Below the pieces are notes generated by a model. That model saw nothing but the letters and a program-made list of their open reading frames with translations, made no database searches and was not told the origin of the DNA. Below are positions 55,093 to 63,887 of a stretch of 64,000 nucleotides of DNA, piece by piece. The stretch is taken from positions 15-64,014 of the forward strand of contig CAZIPN010000010.1 in the NCBI GenBank assembly GCA_964541225.1. The letters run 5' to 3'. Source of the stretch: an uncultured Eubacteriales bacterium (GTDB lineage: Bacteria; Actinomycetota; Coriobacteriia; Anaerosomatales; JAAXUF01). Position 1 is the first letter of the stretch; every line of letters starts with the position of its first letter. The position numbers were made by a program, and so were the translations under genes.

Positions 55093-57159
55093 TCACCTCA
55101 CAGTGGCGTAGGTGTATTTCGACCACGTCGCGGCATGGTTCGCGTCGCCCACGAAGAATGCGCGTAGCCGCCACGCGCCCTTCGCGCCAAGTGTCATCTT
55201 CGCCTCGTATCGACTGGACAAGCGATCGTCGCGCACCGTGGCCTTCACATAGCCGCAACTCACCCACGTAGAGCGCACCTTCCGGTACCGGTAGATGCGC
55301 ACATACTGGATTCCCCTATCATGCTGGGGCCTGAGCGATCCATAGACCTCGTAGGGACGTCTGTGCGACATCCCTCGGACCGCCACGGGAGCACCGAGGC
55401 TCACCTTGGGAACGATGGTGAGCGACGGGCTCACGGCAGCCTCGTAGCGATCGATTGCTCCCGCGTACGTCAGCCGATACGAGGTCCTCACAGCCGGACT
55501 CACCTCAAACGCCACGACGCCCGATGAGTTGGCCGTGCTGACCGCAGCGTCGTACCACACGTTTGACGTGAGGACTTGCAGACGCACGCTACCAGCCACG
55601 GTGCCGCCACTCGGCGAGGCGTCACGCAGCGTTCCGGTGATTGCGACAGTGGCACCCGCGACGGGCGTGCGAGCGGACGCCCGCGCCGAGAGGGACGTCG
55701 GCGTGAGCACCGAGAACTCGACCACGCGCGTCTCCTCCACGTTGCCCGCGGCGTCGACGGATCCGAACTCCAGCGCATGAGCACCGGCCGTGGCAGTGGT
55801 CGCGACCGTCCCGCTCGTCTCGGCACCTCCATCGAGCCGGAAGTGAGTGCCTGCAACTCCAGACATTGTGTCCGTCGGCGCGAGGTGTATCGCTGCCGAA
55901 CCGGAGTACGTGCTTCGCGCATCCGACGACGTCACTGGTGGTGTCTTGTCGATGCGCACGCGCGCATGATTGGCAGCCTCTACGTTGCCGCTTCCGTCAA
56001 CGGACCAATACGCAACGTCCGTAGTGCCCTCTCGACTCACCGTTACGTCGCCGGTGTAGGTGGTCTCTTCGCCCGGCGGATCAAAGCGGTAGTACGTAAC
56101 CATTCCTTCAGGCGACTGAGAGTCAACCGCCCACAGCCCGAATGTTACGTCCTGACTCACCCAACCATCGGGCACGCCAGGCGACAGCAGAGTCACCGGT
56201 GGCGTATGGTCGATTGACTCGAGCGCCGCATCCGCCCCGGTCGTTGCGTAATCCGCAGTCACGGTGGCCGCCTGCGCGTGCTCGAGGTCGCTGCTGCCAT
56301 CGTAGTAGCCGGGGACATAGCCCGCTGCCGAGAAGCCCACGCGGTACGAACCCTCGTCGAGCGGTGCGAGCCTGTAGGAACCATGGGCATCCGTTGAAGC
56401 CGTCGCCACTGCACTTCCGTCGGAATCGTATGCGGTGACCAGCACTCCACCGACAGCGGTTCCTCCATGTGCCGCCGTCACGCTGCCTTCGATCGAGCCG
56501 TAGCCGATGTCGTCGAGTGTGACGAGCTCGTACCCGTCCTCGTGAAGACCGTCTATCAGTCCCGGAAGCGCCTCAATGGTGTTGGTTTGGTAGTTCATGT
56601 CGTGCAGCTCGACAACGCCACCCGCAGCTTCCTGCTCGCGCACGAGGTCAATCATGTCCTGAGCCGGAGTGCCGGCCCAGTCCTTGGGATTGATCGTCGG
56701 CCAGGAGATCTGCAGGCCAAGCTCCGGAAGAACCGTCATGTACGCGTCATTCCATCGAAGATAGGGAGAGCGGTACCAGTGGGGCGTCACGCCAGTGATC
56801 GCCTGGATCGTGTCTTGTGCATGCACCAAGTTGTCGTAGACGAACTCCGGCGTGGAGGTGGCGAAATCGGGATGATCGTAGGAGTGATTGCCGATGAGCA
56901 TGCCTGCAGATGCGATCGCTTGCGCCTGCGCGGGGCGTAGCTCGGCGAAGTCGCCTTCAATGAAGAAGGTGGCCTTGGCCCCCTTCTGCTCAAGTATGCT
57001 CAGGAGGGTCGGCGCATCCTGGGGGGCGTCGTCAAAACCTATCGCGATCTGCGGTCGCTGGGTCAGAGTCGCCGCAGTCGCAAGGGCGGGCACGAACGCC
57101 GCCAGGACTACGAATGCCCCCGTCAGCGCAACGCCGCGGAGTAGCCGTCTCCACGTCAT
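55093..57159 (-). CDS. Secreted multi-domain polysaccharide deacetylase (NodB + CarboxypepD_reg-like + Ig-like repeats)
   Basis: ATG 57159 after AAGGGGGA. Signal peptide, IAIGFDDAPQD, GNHSYDHPDF, GSYRLAPLDEGSYRVGFSAAGY. Two repeats begin D[HK]TPPVT. The 146-codon track extension is non-coding-like. Confidence 0.75.
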   Translation of the reverse strand: MTWRRLLRGVALTGAFVVLAAFVPALATAATLTQRPQIAIGFDDAPQDAPTLLSILEQKGAKATFFIEGDFAELRPAQAQAIASAGMLIGNHSYDHPDFATSTPEFVYDNLVHAQDTIQAITGVTPHWYRSPYLRWNDAYMTVLPELGLQISWPTINPKDWAGTPAQDMIDLVREQEAAGGVVELHDMNYQTNTIEALPGLIDGLHEDGYELVTLDDIGYGSIEGSVTAAHGGTAVGGVLVTAYDSDGSAVATASTDAHGSYRLAPLDEGSYRVGFSAAGYVPGYYDGSSDLEHAQAATVTADYATTGADAALESIDHTPPVTLLSPGVPDGWVSQDVTFGLWAVDSQSPEGMVTYYRFDPPGEETTYTGDVTVSREGTTDVAYWSVDGSGNVEAANHARVRIDKTPPVTSSDARSTYSGSAAIHLAPTDTMSGVAGTHFRLDGGAETSGTVATTATAGAHALEFGSVDAAGNVEETRVVEFSVLTPTSLSARASARTPVAGATVAITGTLRDASPSGGTVAGSVRLQVLTSNVWYDAAVSTANSSGVVAFEVSPAVRTSYRLTYAGAIDRYEAAVSPSLTIVPKVSLGAPVAVRGMSHRRPYEVYGSLRPQHDRGIQYVRIYRYRKVRSTWVSCGYVKATVRDDRLSSRYEAKMTLGAKGAWRLRAFFVGDANHAATWSKYTYATVR

Positions 57160-57370
57160 CGTCGGTCCCCCTTGGTCTTTGCGGCAATCGACCCTGTTGG
57201 TCCTCTCGGCTAGACAGGGCCTTTCTGTGCAGGACGTACGTACCCAAGGATACCTCGGTGGCGCAAGAGCATGCCGTCTCGGCGGTCTGCGTGACGTTCG
57301 GCGCGTGCGTGTCACTGCGCGGATGTGGGTCAGCCAATTCGATCTCGCGCGCAAGGGGGTCCGGGGCAGC

Positions 57371-58351
57371 CTAGACCTCGAGGGGGACCTGCAGGTCGGA
57401 TTTCGCTCGCTCGACGCCCTTCGCGCACCGATTGCCCCACGCATCGATCGGCTTGCCGTCACGCACGGCAAGCACGATTTCGCAGTCGTTGCCGCAGCCC
57501 CCGCATTCTTTGCCCATCGTCTCAAAGTGCATTTCACGAACATCGAATGCGAATGGCACGCGCTGTCCACTCTGCCGAGCGAGAATGGCCGCTCCAATCG
57601 CCCCCATCAAGTGGCCTGTGTCATCGACGATGATCTCCTCGCCGGTGATGTCGCCGAATGCCTTGACCACCCCAATGTTCTTGGAGACACCGCCCTGGAA
57701 CACCACGGGCGCAAGGATCTCCTTGCCCTTGCCCACGTTGTTCAGGTAGTTGGTCACGATCGCTCGGCACAGACCAGCGATGATGTCTTCGATCGGATGC
57801 CCGATCTGCGCCTTGTGAACGAGGTCCGACTCGGCGAAGACGGTGCAACGACCCGCGATCTTGGTGGGCCGCTTCGAGCGCAGCGCGTAATCGCCGAATT
57901 CCTCGACGGGGATCCCGAGACGCCGCGCCTGCGAACTCAGAAACGAGCCTGTGCCAGCCGCACACAGCGTGTTCATCGCGTAGTCGACCGGGATCCCGTT
58001 GCGCAAGACGATGATCTTGGAGTCTTGCCCGCCGATCTCCAGGATCGTCTGCACCTCTGGATGCATCGACAGCGTCCCGACCGCATGCGCTGTGATCTCG
58101 TTCTTCACCACTTGCGCATCCAGCATCGCTCCGACAAGCTCACGAGCCGAACCCGTGGTTCCGACCGAGACCACGGACACGTCCTTGTCGCGCAGTTGCT
58201 CGGCAAGCTCGGTGAGCAAGCGACGCACGGCGGCAACTGGATTGCCCTCGGTCCACAGATACGCGCTGGCAAAGACCTCGCCGTCGTCGCCGACAACAGC
58301 GGCCTTGGTTGAGATGGAGCCAACATCGACTCCAAGATAGCCGTCAGGCAT
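57371..58351 (-). CDS. BcrAD/BadFG/HgdC-family ATPase (electron-transfer 'activase') with C-terminal Cys-rich tail
   Basis: DVGSISTK, EIGGQDSK, NTLCAAGTGSFL, GRCTVFAESD, FQGGVSKN, tail CGGCGNDC...NRC. ATG 58351 overlaps the upstream gene by 8 nt. Confidence 0.8.
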   Translation of the reverse strand: MPDGYLGVDVGSISTKAAVVGDDGEVFASAYLWTEGNPVAAVRRLLTELAEQLRDKDVSVVSVGTTGSARELVGAMLDAQVVKNEITAHAVGTLSMHPEVQTILEIGGQDSKIIVLRNGIPVDYAMNTLCAAGTGSFLSSQARRLGIPVEEFGDYALRSKRPTKIAGRCTVFAESDLVHKAQIGHPIEDIIAGLCRAIVTNYLNNVGKGKEILAPVVFQGGVSKNIGVVKAFGDITGEEIIVDDTGHLMGAIGAAILARQSGQRVPFAFDVREMHFETMGKECGGCGNDCEIVLAVRDGKPIDAWGNRCAKGVERAKSDLQVPLEV

Positions 58352-59423
58352 TGATCGGTTCCTTTCGCCGCATGGAAAGCATGTCGCAGAATGCCTCAAG
58401 CCTCGTCAGCACTCCGGTGCCAGATGTCTGAACATCGTAGGACAGAAAGAGAATCGGGAAGGTGCGCTCGCGCGATATGCGCTGCAACGCCGACATCGCG
58501 GTGACCTCAGGCATGCAGCCAAATGGCTTGACGTGGATGATGCCGTCGAAACCCTCTTCCATGAGTTTGAGCGTGTAGTAGACCGAGTACGCTCCTTCGG
58601 CCCCGGGATTGAACTCGAGGTAGGGCTGCGTGGTGTCCAGCATGCGCTGCACGTGCGGATAGCCGGCTATTGTGTTGTCGATGATGCCCGTCACGTTGCA
58701 GAAGCGGTGCACCTCAACCCCACGAGCCGCCAGCTGTCTCTCGACGTCCATGTTGGAGAACGGCTCCATCAGCACATACAGTTCGCCGACAACCGCAACG
58801 CGCATGGGGTTCTCGGGCTTGTCAATCGAGATCGCCGCAAACGCTTCCCGCGCCTCGCGCTCGATTCGCTCGACAGCATCCTTGTGTGGAGCCTCGGTCA
58901 AAGCACTCAAGAACTCCTTGTACACGGTGTCGTGCGCACCAGCCTCGACCTCGAATCCCAAGTTCTTGCGCATGACGTCTTCGATCGCGTCTAACGCGCG
59001 AAGCTTGCCCCAGGTGAGGTTGATGACACGCTTCATCTCGCGAGCCGAGATGTGCTTGTTGTGTCGGCGCATGAATCGCACGATCGAGGAAATGTCGACT
59101 TCACTGGAGAGCTGGATGAAGTCGACGTCATAGCCGATGTCGTGACAGATGGCTTCCTGCACTGCTGCGTAGTAGCCGAAACGACATCCCCCACCTGCCT
59201 GAATGATGACGTCGGCGCCGTCTTCGATCGCCTCGATGAAGTTTCCGAGGTTGTACTTGAACGGCAGACACACGAATTCGGGACTGTGCTTCGCGCCGAT
59301 CTCAAGCGTGCGCTTCGTGATCGGCGGAGCAATCCTTGGCTCGCAGTCCAGCAAGTGCGCGAGATCCTTGAAAACGTAGGCGTAGTCGCCCATGTGAGGG
59401 AAAGACGCGATTCGGCGGGTCAT
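58344..59423 (-). CDS. Activase-related Cys-rich protein B (DUF2229-like)
   Basis: EFVCLPFKYNLGNF, QAGGGCRFGYY, HVKPFGCMPE. ATG 59423 forms an ATGA overlap with the upstream gene. Confidence 0.55.
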   Translation of the reverse strand: MTRRIASFPHMGDYAYVFKDLAHLLDCEPRIAPPITKRTLEIGAKHSPEFVCLPFKYNLGNFIEAIEDGADVIIQAGGGCRFGYYAAVQEAICHDIGYDVDFIQLSSEVDISSIVRFMRRHNKHISAREMKRVINLTWGKLRALDAIEDVMRKNLGFEVEAGAHDTVYKEFLSALTEAPHKDAVERIEREAREAFAAISIDKPENPMRVAVVGELYVLMEPFSNMDVERQLAARGVEVHRFCNVTGIIDNTIAGYPHVQRMLDTTQPYLEFNPGAEGAYSVYYTLKLMEEGFDGIIHVKPFGCMPEVTAMSALQRISRERTFPILFLSYDVQTSGTGVLTRLEAFCDMLSMRRKEPINA

Positions 59424-60388
59424 GCAGCACCCCGGTTGCCACTGACCATGCCGTCCCCTCGGCGCATCCGCAGTATGTCCACGAAGCTTTCGAGCCGCGT
59501 TTGCAGACCAGTCTCCCCGGAGTGCTCGTCGATCACGAGCGTCACCATCGGCACGCCCTTCATCTTGCGAACGGCAAGCTCGGTCACAAGCGAGTCCGGG
59601 CCACACGGAAACGTCACGAGAAACACGATGCCGTCCACGTGGTGTCGCCAGTGCTCAACAGCGCCGAGAACTTGTCGGCTGTTCGTCCAATACAACGTCG
59701 GCGATAGTTGCTTCGCGAGACGGGCAGCCAGCACGTGATCGACGGCTTCTGAGTCGACCACCTCGCAACCCTGGGCCTTCAGCTCCCTGATGATCGGCAC
59801 GCCAATGGTCTCGTCGAATAGGTTGTAGGCGTGACCCGCGACCATGACCCGGGGGCCGTCGGAGCGCGTGTTGCGCAGAGCTTCCTGCGTCCGAACGCGT
59901 TCGGCCGTCGCGCGCTTCTGGGCGTTGATCGCTTTCGCCGTCGCGAACGCAGCGCGTGAGGCGGGGGCGCCGAGCCGACGAGCCAGGCGATAGAGCTCAC
60001 CGGACTCTCGTGTGCGCCGATGCGTCTCTTTGCTGTCGTCGACCGAATACGCAACGATGTCGATTCCCTGCAACGAATTGCGCGCAATGTCGTAAATGCC
60101 CCACATCTTTGTGCACTCAAGTTCGCCCCGCTTGATCGAGACGTATCGCGGAACCAGGATGGCTTCTGAGCGGTCGGCAAGCCAATCGATATGCCCCATC
60201 GCGACTTTGACCGACAGGCACGTCTCATCCACAGACAGGCTGCAGCCTGTCCCGACGATTGCGCGATTGCTGGGGGGGCTCACGACCACCTCGATGCCAA
60301 GCGCCGAGAAGAACGCGTCCCACAATGCGGCTCGCTTGTGATAGAGCAGAGCGCGCGGGATTCCGATTCGGCGGATCCCGTTGGTCAC
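59420..60388 (-). CDS. Activase-related Cys-rich protein A (DUF2229-like/HgdB-like)
   Basis: GTG 60388 lies 6 nt after AAGGAG. RIGIPRALLYH, DETCLSVKVAMGH, LVTFPCGPDS. Confidence 0.5.
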   Translation of the reverse strand: MTNGIRRIGIPRALLYHKRAALWDAFFSALGIEVVVSPPSNRAIVGTGCSLSVDETCLSVKVAMGHIDWLADRSEAILVPRYVSIKRGELECTKMWGIYDIARNSLQGIDIVAYSVDDSKETHRRTRESGELYRLARRLGAPASRAAFATAKAINAQKRATAERVRTQEALRNTRSDGPRVMVAGHAYNLFDETIGVPIIRELKAQGCEVVDSEAVDHVLAARLAKQLSPTLYWTNSRQVLGAVEHWRHHVDGIVFLVTFPCGPDSLVTELAVRKMKGVPMVTLVIDEHSGETGLQTRLESFVDILRMRRGDGMVSGNRGAA

Positions 60389-60621
60389 GTGAATCTCCTT
60401 CGTCTTCGTTCATGTGCACCGTGCAGCATAACCCAGGTGACCCCAACGGCGGGCTCATCCTTCACATCGAGGGTCACGCACCTCCACGCTCTCCCCTACT
60501 TTCCCACTGAGTTAGAGACCCGTGATGTGCGGGAACTTCGAACAATGGACCAGCTCACCAACACCGTCTGCACGGCGACGCTCGGTCTTGACCCCAAGCA
60601 CCGCATTCGATCGGGAGCCTC

Positions 60622-61620
60622 ATGCCAGTCATCGAAGTAGCAGGACTCTCACGCAAGTTCGGAGACTTCACGGCGGTCGACGACGTGAGCTTTGAGGTGA
60701 ACGAGGGCGAGCTGTTCGGATTCCTTGGGCCAAACGGCGCAGGCAAGACCACCACTATCAGCATGTTGTGCACCCTGCTCAAACTCACGAGCGGCAGCGC
60801 ACGCGTGGCAGGACACGACGTTGCCCGTGAGCGAGACGCCGTGCGCAAGTGCATCGGCCTCATCTTCCAAGACCCGACGCTCGACGAGCGTCTCACCGGT
60901 TTCCAGAACCTGAAGTTCCACGCGATGCTCTATGGCGTCACGCGAGAGCAGTTTGCTGCGCGATCCGCCGAACTCCTCGACATGGTTGAACTCGCCGACA
61001 AGGCCAAAGAGAAGGTGCGCGAGTTCTCCGGCGGAATGAAGCGACGGCTTGAAATCGCGCGAGGTCTTCTGCATCACCCGGAAGTGCTCTTCCTCGACGA
61101 GCCCACCATCGGGCTGGATCCACAGACACGAGCGCACATCTGGGACTACTTGCTCAAGCTCCGCCACGACAAAGGTCTGACGCTGTTCCTGACCACTCAC
61201 AGCATGGACGAGGCCGAGAACTGCGATCGGATCGCGATCATGGACCACGGCAAGATCATCGCGCTTGACACGCCGGACCGGCTCAAGGCCATGGTGGGCG
61301 GCGATGTGGTCACTCTTGAGACTGCCGACAATGCCAGCGCCGCCACGCTCCTCGCCGAGACGTACGGCGTGGATCCGCAGATCACCCAGTCCGGCAAGCT
61401 TGTCATCGAGACTGCCGAGGGCGGGCGCTTCATCCCACACGCCATGACCACGCTGTCAAACGCTTCCTCACCTGTCGAGGTGGTGAGCGTGTCGCTGCAG
61501 CGCCCCACCATCGAGAACGTCTTCATCAAGCTCACCGGCCGCACCATCCGCGAAAGCGAAGCTTCCGGAACGGAACGCATGCGCGCGCAGCGCGGCGCGT
61601 GGGGACGTGGCCGACGGTGA
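60622..61620 (+). CDS. ABC transporter ATP-binding protein (DrrA/ABC-2 type)
   Basis: GPNGAGKTTT, FSGGMKRRLEIARGL, LFLDEPTIGLD. Confidence 0.85.
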   Translation: MPVIEVAGLSRKFGDFTAVDDVSFEVNEGELFGFLGPNGAGKTTTISMLCTLLKLTSGSARVAGHDVARERDAVRKCIGLIFQDPTLDERLTGFQNLKFHAMLYGVTREQFAARSAELLDMVELADKAKEKVREFSGGMKRRLEIARGLLHHPEVLFLDEPTIGLDPQTRAHIWDYLLKLRHDKGLTLFLTTHSMDEAENCDRIAIMDHGKIIALDTPDRLKAMVGGDVVTLETADNASAATLLAETYGVDPQITQSGKLVIETAEGGRFIPHAMTTLSNASSPVEVVSVSLQRPTIENVFIKLTGRTIRESEASGTERMRAQRGAWGRGRR

Positions 61621-61642
61621 GGACAGGGGGGATCACCAGACT

Positions 61643-62461
61643 ATGAACGTGCGCAGAGAACTCCTGGGTGCGTATACGGTGTGGTACCGCGAAGTGCTGC
61701 GCTTCTTCACGGACAGAAGCCGCATCTTTGGCTCCATCGCCCAACCGGTGCTGTTCCTCGTGGTACTGGGCGGCGGCATCTCGAGTGCTATCAAAGGCGT
61801 GATGTCGAGCGGCGGTCCGCTGGCCGCAGCTGCCGCTGGTCTCGGCAGCAACTTCAACTACCTTGCGTTTCTGTTCCCGGGGATTCTCGGCATGTCGGTG
61901 CTGTTCACCTCGATCATGTCGGCAGTCTCGATCGTCTGGGACCGTGAGTTTGGGTTCCTCAAGGAAGTCCTGGTTGCACCGGTCTCACGCACGTCGGTGG
62001 CGATCGGCAAGATCGCTGGGGGTTCCACGGTTGCGATGGCCCAAGGAGCACTCATCCTCGTGCTCGCGCCCTTGATCGGCGTGACGTTTGGCGTGGTGGA
62101 GGCGATCGGCCTTCTCCTAATCATGCTTCTGCTGGCGGCCGTCATGTCGTCGCTGGGACTATTGATAGCGGCTCGTCAGAAGACGATGGAGGGCTTCCAG
62201 GTCATCATGCAGTTCGTCATCATGCCGATGCTGTTCCTGTCCGGCGCGTTCTTCCCGCTCACCCACGGTTCCTGGGTCACGCTCATCGCTCGCTTCATCC
62301 CCGTCACCTATGGCGTCGACGCCTTGCGACAGATGCTGCTGCCCGCAGCAGTGATGGCGCAGTTCCGTCTGGCGTCCGTCGGGCTCGAAGTCCTGTTCCT
62401 GTGCGGGTTCTTCGTCGTCTTCCTCGTGCCTGCAGTCGCGCTGTTCAGCAAGCAGGACTAG
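61643..62461 (+). CDS. ABC-2 type transporter permease
   Basis: Six hydrophobic spans, with YTVWYREVLRFFTDRSRIFG at the N-terminus. Alternative GTG 61607 overlaps the ATPase gene. Confidence 0.75.
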   Translation: MNVRRELLGAYTVWYREVLRFFTDRSRIFGSIAQPVLFLVVLGGGISSAIKGVMSSGGPLAAAAAGLGSNFNYLAFLFPGILGMSVLFTSIMSAVSIVWDREFGFLKEVLVAPVSRTSVAIGKIAGGSTVAMAQGALILVLAPLIGVTFGVVEAIGLLLIMLLLAAVMSSLGLLIAARQKTMEGFQVIMQFVIMPMLFLSGAFFPLTHGSWVTLIARFIPVTYGVDALRQMLLPAAVMAQFRLASVGLEVLFLCGFFVVFLVPAVALFSKQD

Positions 62462-62500
62462 GCCGTACTGACCCCGAGATGTAGCGACACATCCCGTCTG

Positions 62501-62835
62501 CTACCTCCATATCTTGCTTGCACCGAGAACCTCGGCGGGCGTCCGGCCTTTCGTCAGGCGCCCGTTGTGCGCCCGGTCGAAGTTGCACTCTCAGAGATAG
62601 CGCTCCAGTTCGCGCCGCAGTCCCATGTACTTCGGGACCAGGTAGCGGGCGAAAGCGGGCTTCCAGCATTCCTCCAGGATGGTGCGCTGGACATGCTCCA
62701 CGAAGCCGTTGGACTGCGGGCGTCCGGGGCGAATCAGCGTGTGAAGGACACCGAGCTTGTCGAGTTCGGTATTCGAAGCGGTGGTTGCGGAATTCCGAAC
62801 CATTGACCAGCTCGCAGCTGGGCTTCTCGAACAGG
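62501..62835 (-). pseudogene. 5'-truncated, frameshifted transposase remnant (rve/DDE integrase core, C-terminal part)
   Basis: One frame reads ELVNGSEFRNHRFE. After a 1-nt shift: ELDKLGVLHTLIRPGRPQSNGFVEHVQRTILEECW...ELERYL, an in-frame TGA (62591-62593), then ECNFDRAHNGRLTKGRTPAEVL. Confidence 0.65.
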
Positions 62836-63348
62836 CTAGTGGCGAGCCAACCACAGGATTCTGTATAGCACACGGACCAGCAGCAGACCCCGGTCGCCAG
62901 ACTCCAGCCTGGTGAATGCCGGACACAAAGCGTCGACGAGGGCACTCAGATGCCCGCGCGGTATTCCGTCCCGCAGTTCGCTCAGGAACTCCACCTCTCT
63001 CATCCCCCTCGAGACAAGCCAGTCGTGTGCCGCTGTAGCCTCAGGCACTTCAAGTTCCAAGGGTTCGAGACGGTAGGTGCCAGCCAGCAGATTCTGCAGC
63101 TGTTCTGACGGGCACCAGTCAGAGGGTTCATTGATGCCCACCGACGCGCCTCGGAAGGGGGTTCCGTCGATGATCCACTTGGCCCGCCAGTCCTTGTAGC
63201 AGCCTCCCGAGTCGGCCTCATCAAAGCCGAACTCAATCAGACACGAGGGGCAGACGTAGAAGGAGAGGGATTGACCGTCCCCTGTGACGGCGGGTTCGCT
63301 CATGCGCCGAAAGCCGCAGGCCGGGCACACGAACCATCGCTCATCCAT
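62836..63348 (-). CDS. Zinc-ribbon-like (CPxCG...CPxC) protein, candidate immunity-type partner
   Basis: MDERWFVCPACGF...SFYVCPSCLIEFGFDE. 17 nt downstream of the preceding ORF. The 3' end abuts the transposase remnant, so the C-terminus may be non-native. Confidence 0.4.
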   Translation of the reverse strand: MDERWFVCPACGFRRMSEPAVTGDGQSLSFYVCPSCLIEFGFDEADSGGCYKDWRAKWIIDGTPFRGASVGINEPSDWCPSEQLQNLLAGTYRLEPLELEVPEATAAHDWLVSRGMREVEFLSELRDGIPRGHLSALVDALCPAFTRLESGDRGLLLVRVLYRILWLARH

Positions 63349-63365
63349 GAATTGATCCTTCCATC

Positions 63366-63887
63366 TTAGGGAACCAGGCCCGGTAACTCCTCGATCAGGG
63401 CCTCCGCCTCACCGGGCGCAGCTTCGGCCCATCCTTTCAGGGATTCGCCTGCTTGGTTGATGTAGATCCCGCCCTGCTCGGCCATGTACTCGGCCATATC
63501 GCCATTCTCCTTGGTGTAGAACGTGCGGAGGTTGCCATTCTGATAGTAGACCCCGAATTGACTAGTCTCAGGATCTCCGATCCAAACCCTGTCAGCGCCG
63601 ACGGCGGAGCGAACGATGAATTCACCGTCTGCCGCCTGGGATCGAAATGCCTGGCCAGCATCGACCCATTCCTGCGGTGTTTCATAAGGTCCGGAGGGGT
63701 CAAACTGATGCTTGCGGAAATGAGTCATTGGATTGTCCCAAGAACCACCATAACCAGGTATCGCCTCCGCCACGAAGAACGCGCTTGCCGAACCGGGCGG
63801 GCAAGCGCAATGGTCGGCGGCGCCAGCATCGACCGCAAGTACTTGTCCGTCTTGAGCAGTGTCGGGTTCGTCACGCCTCAGCCTCAC
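63366..63887 (-). CDS. Hypothetical protein, possibly a 5'-truncated toxin C-terminal domain (or a 120-aa protein from ATG 63728)
   Basis: The first ~40 codons are Arg/Ala-rich and non-protein-like. From MTHFRKHQFDPSGPYETPQEW... the sequence looks globular and beta-rich (VWIGDPETSQFGVYYQNGNLRTFYTKENG). Confidence 0.3.
   Translation of the reverse strand: MRLRRDEPDTAQDGQVLAVDAGAADHCACPPGSASAFFVAEAIPGYGGSWDNPMTHFRKHQFDPSGPYETPQEWVDAGQAFRSQAADGEFIVRSAVGADRVWIGDPETSQFGVYYQNGNLRTFYTKENGDMAEYMAEQGGIYINQAGESLKGWAEAAPGEAEALIEELPGLVP

Noticed and set aside
62591-62593. The in-frame TGA inside the transposase remnant, considered as a possible selenocysteine or read-through codon.
   Set aside because: The same gene also has a frameshift and lacks its N-terminal half, and no SECIS-like hairpin follows the TGA. 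A nonsense mutation in a pseudogene is the simpler reading.
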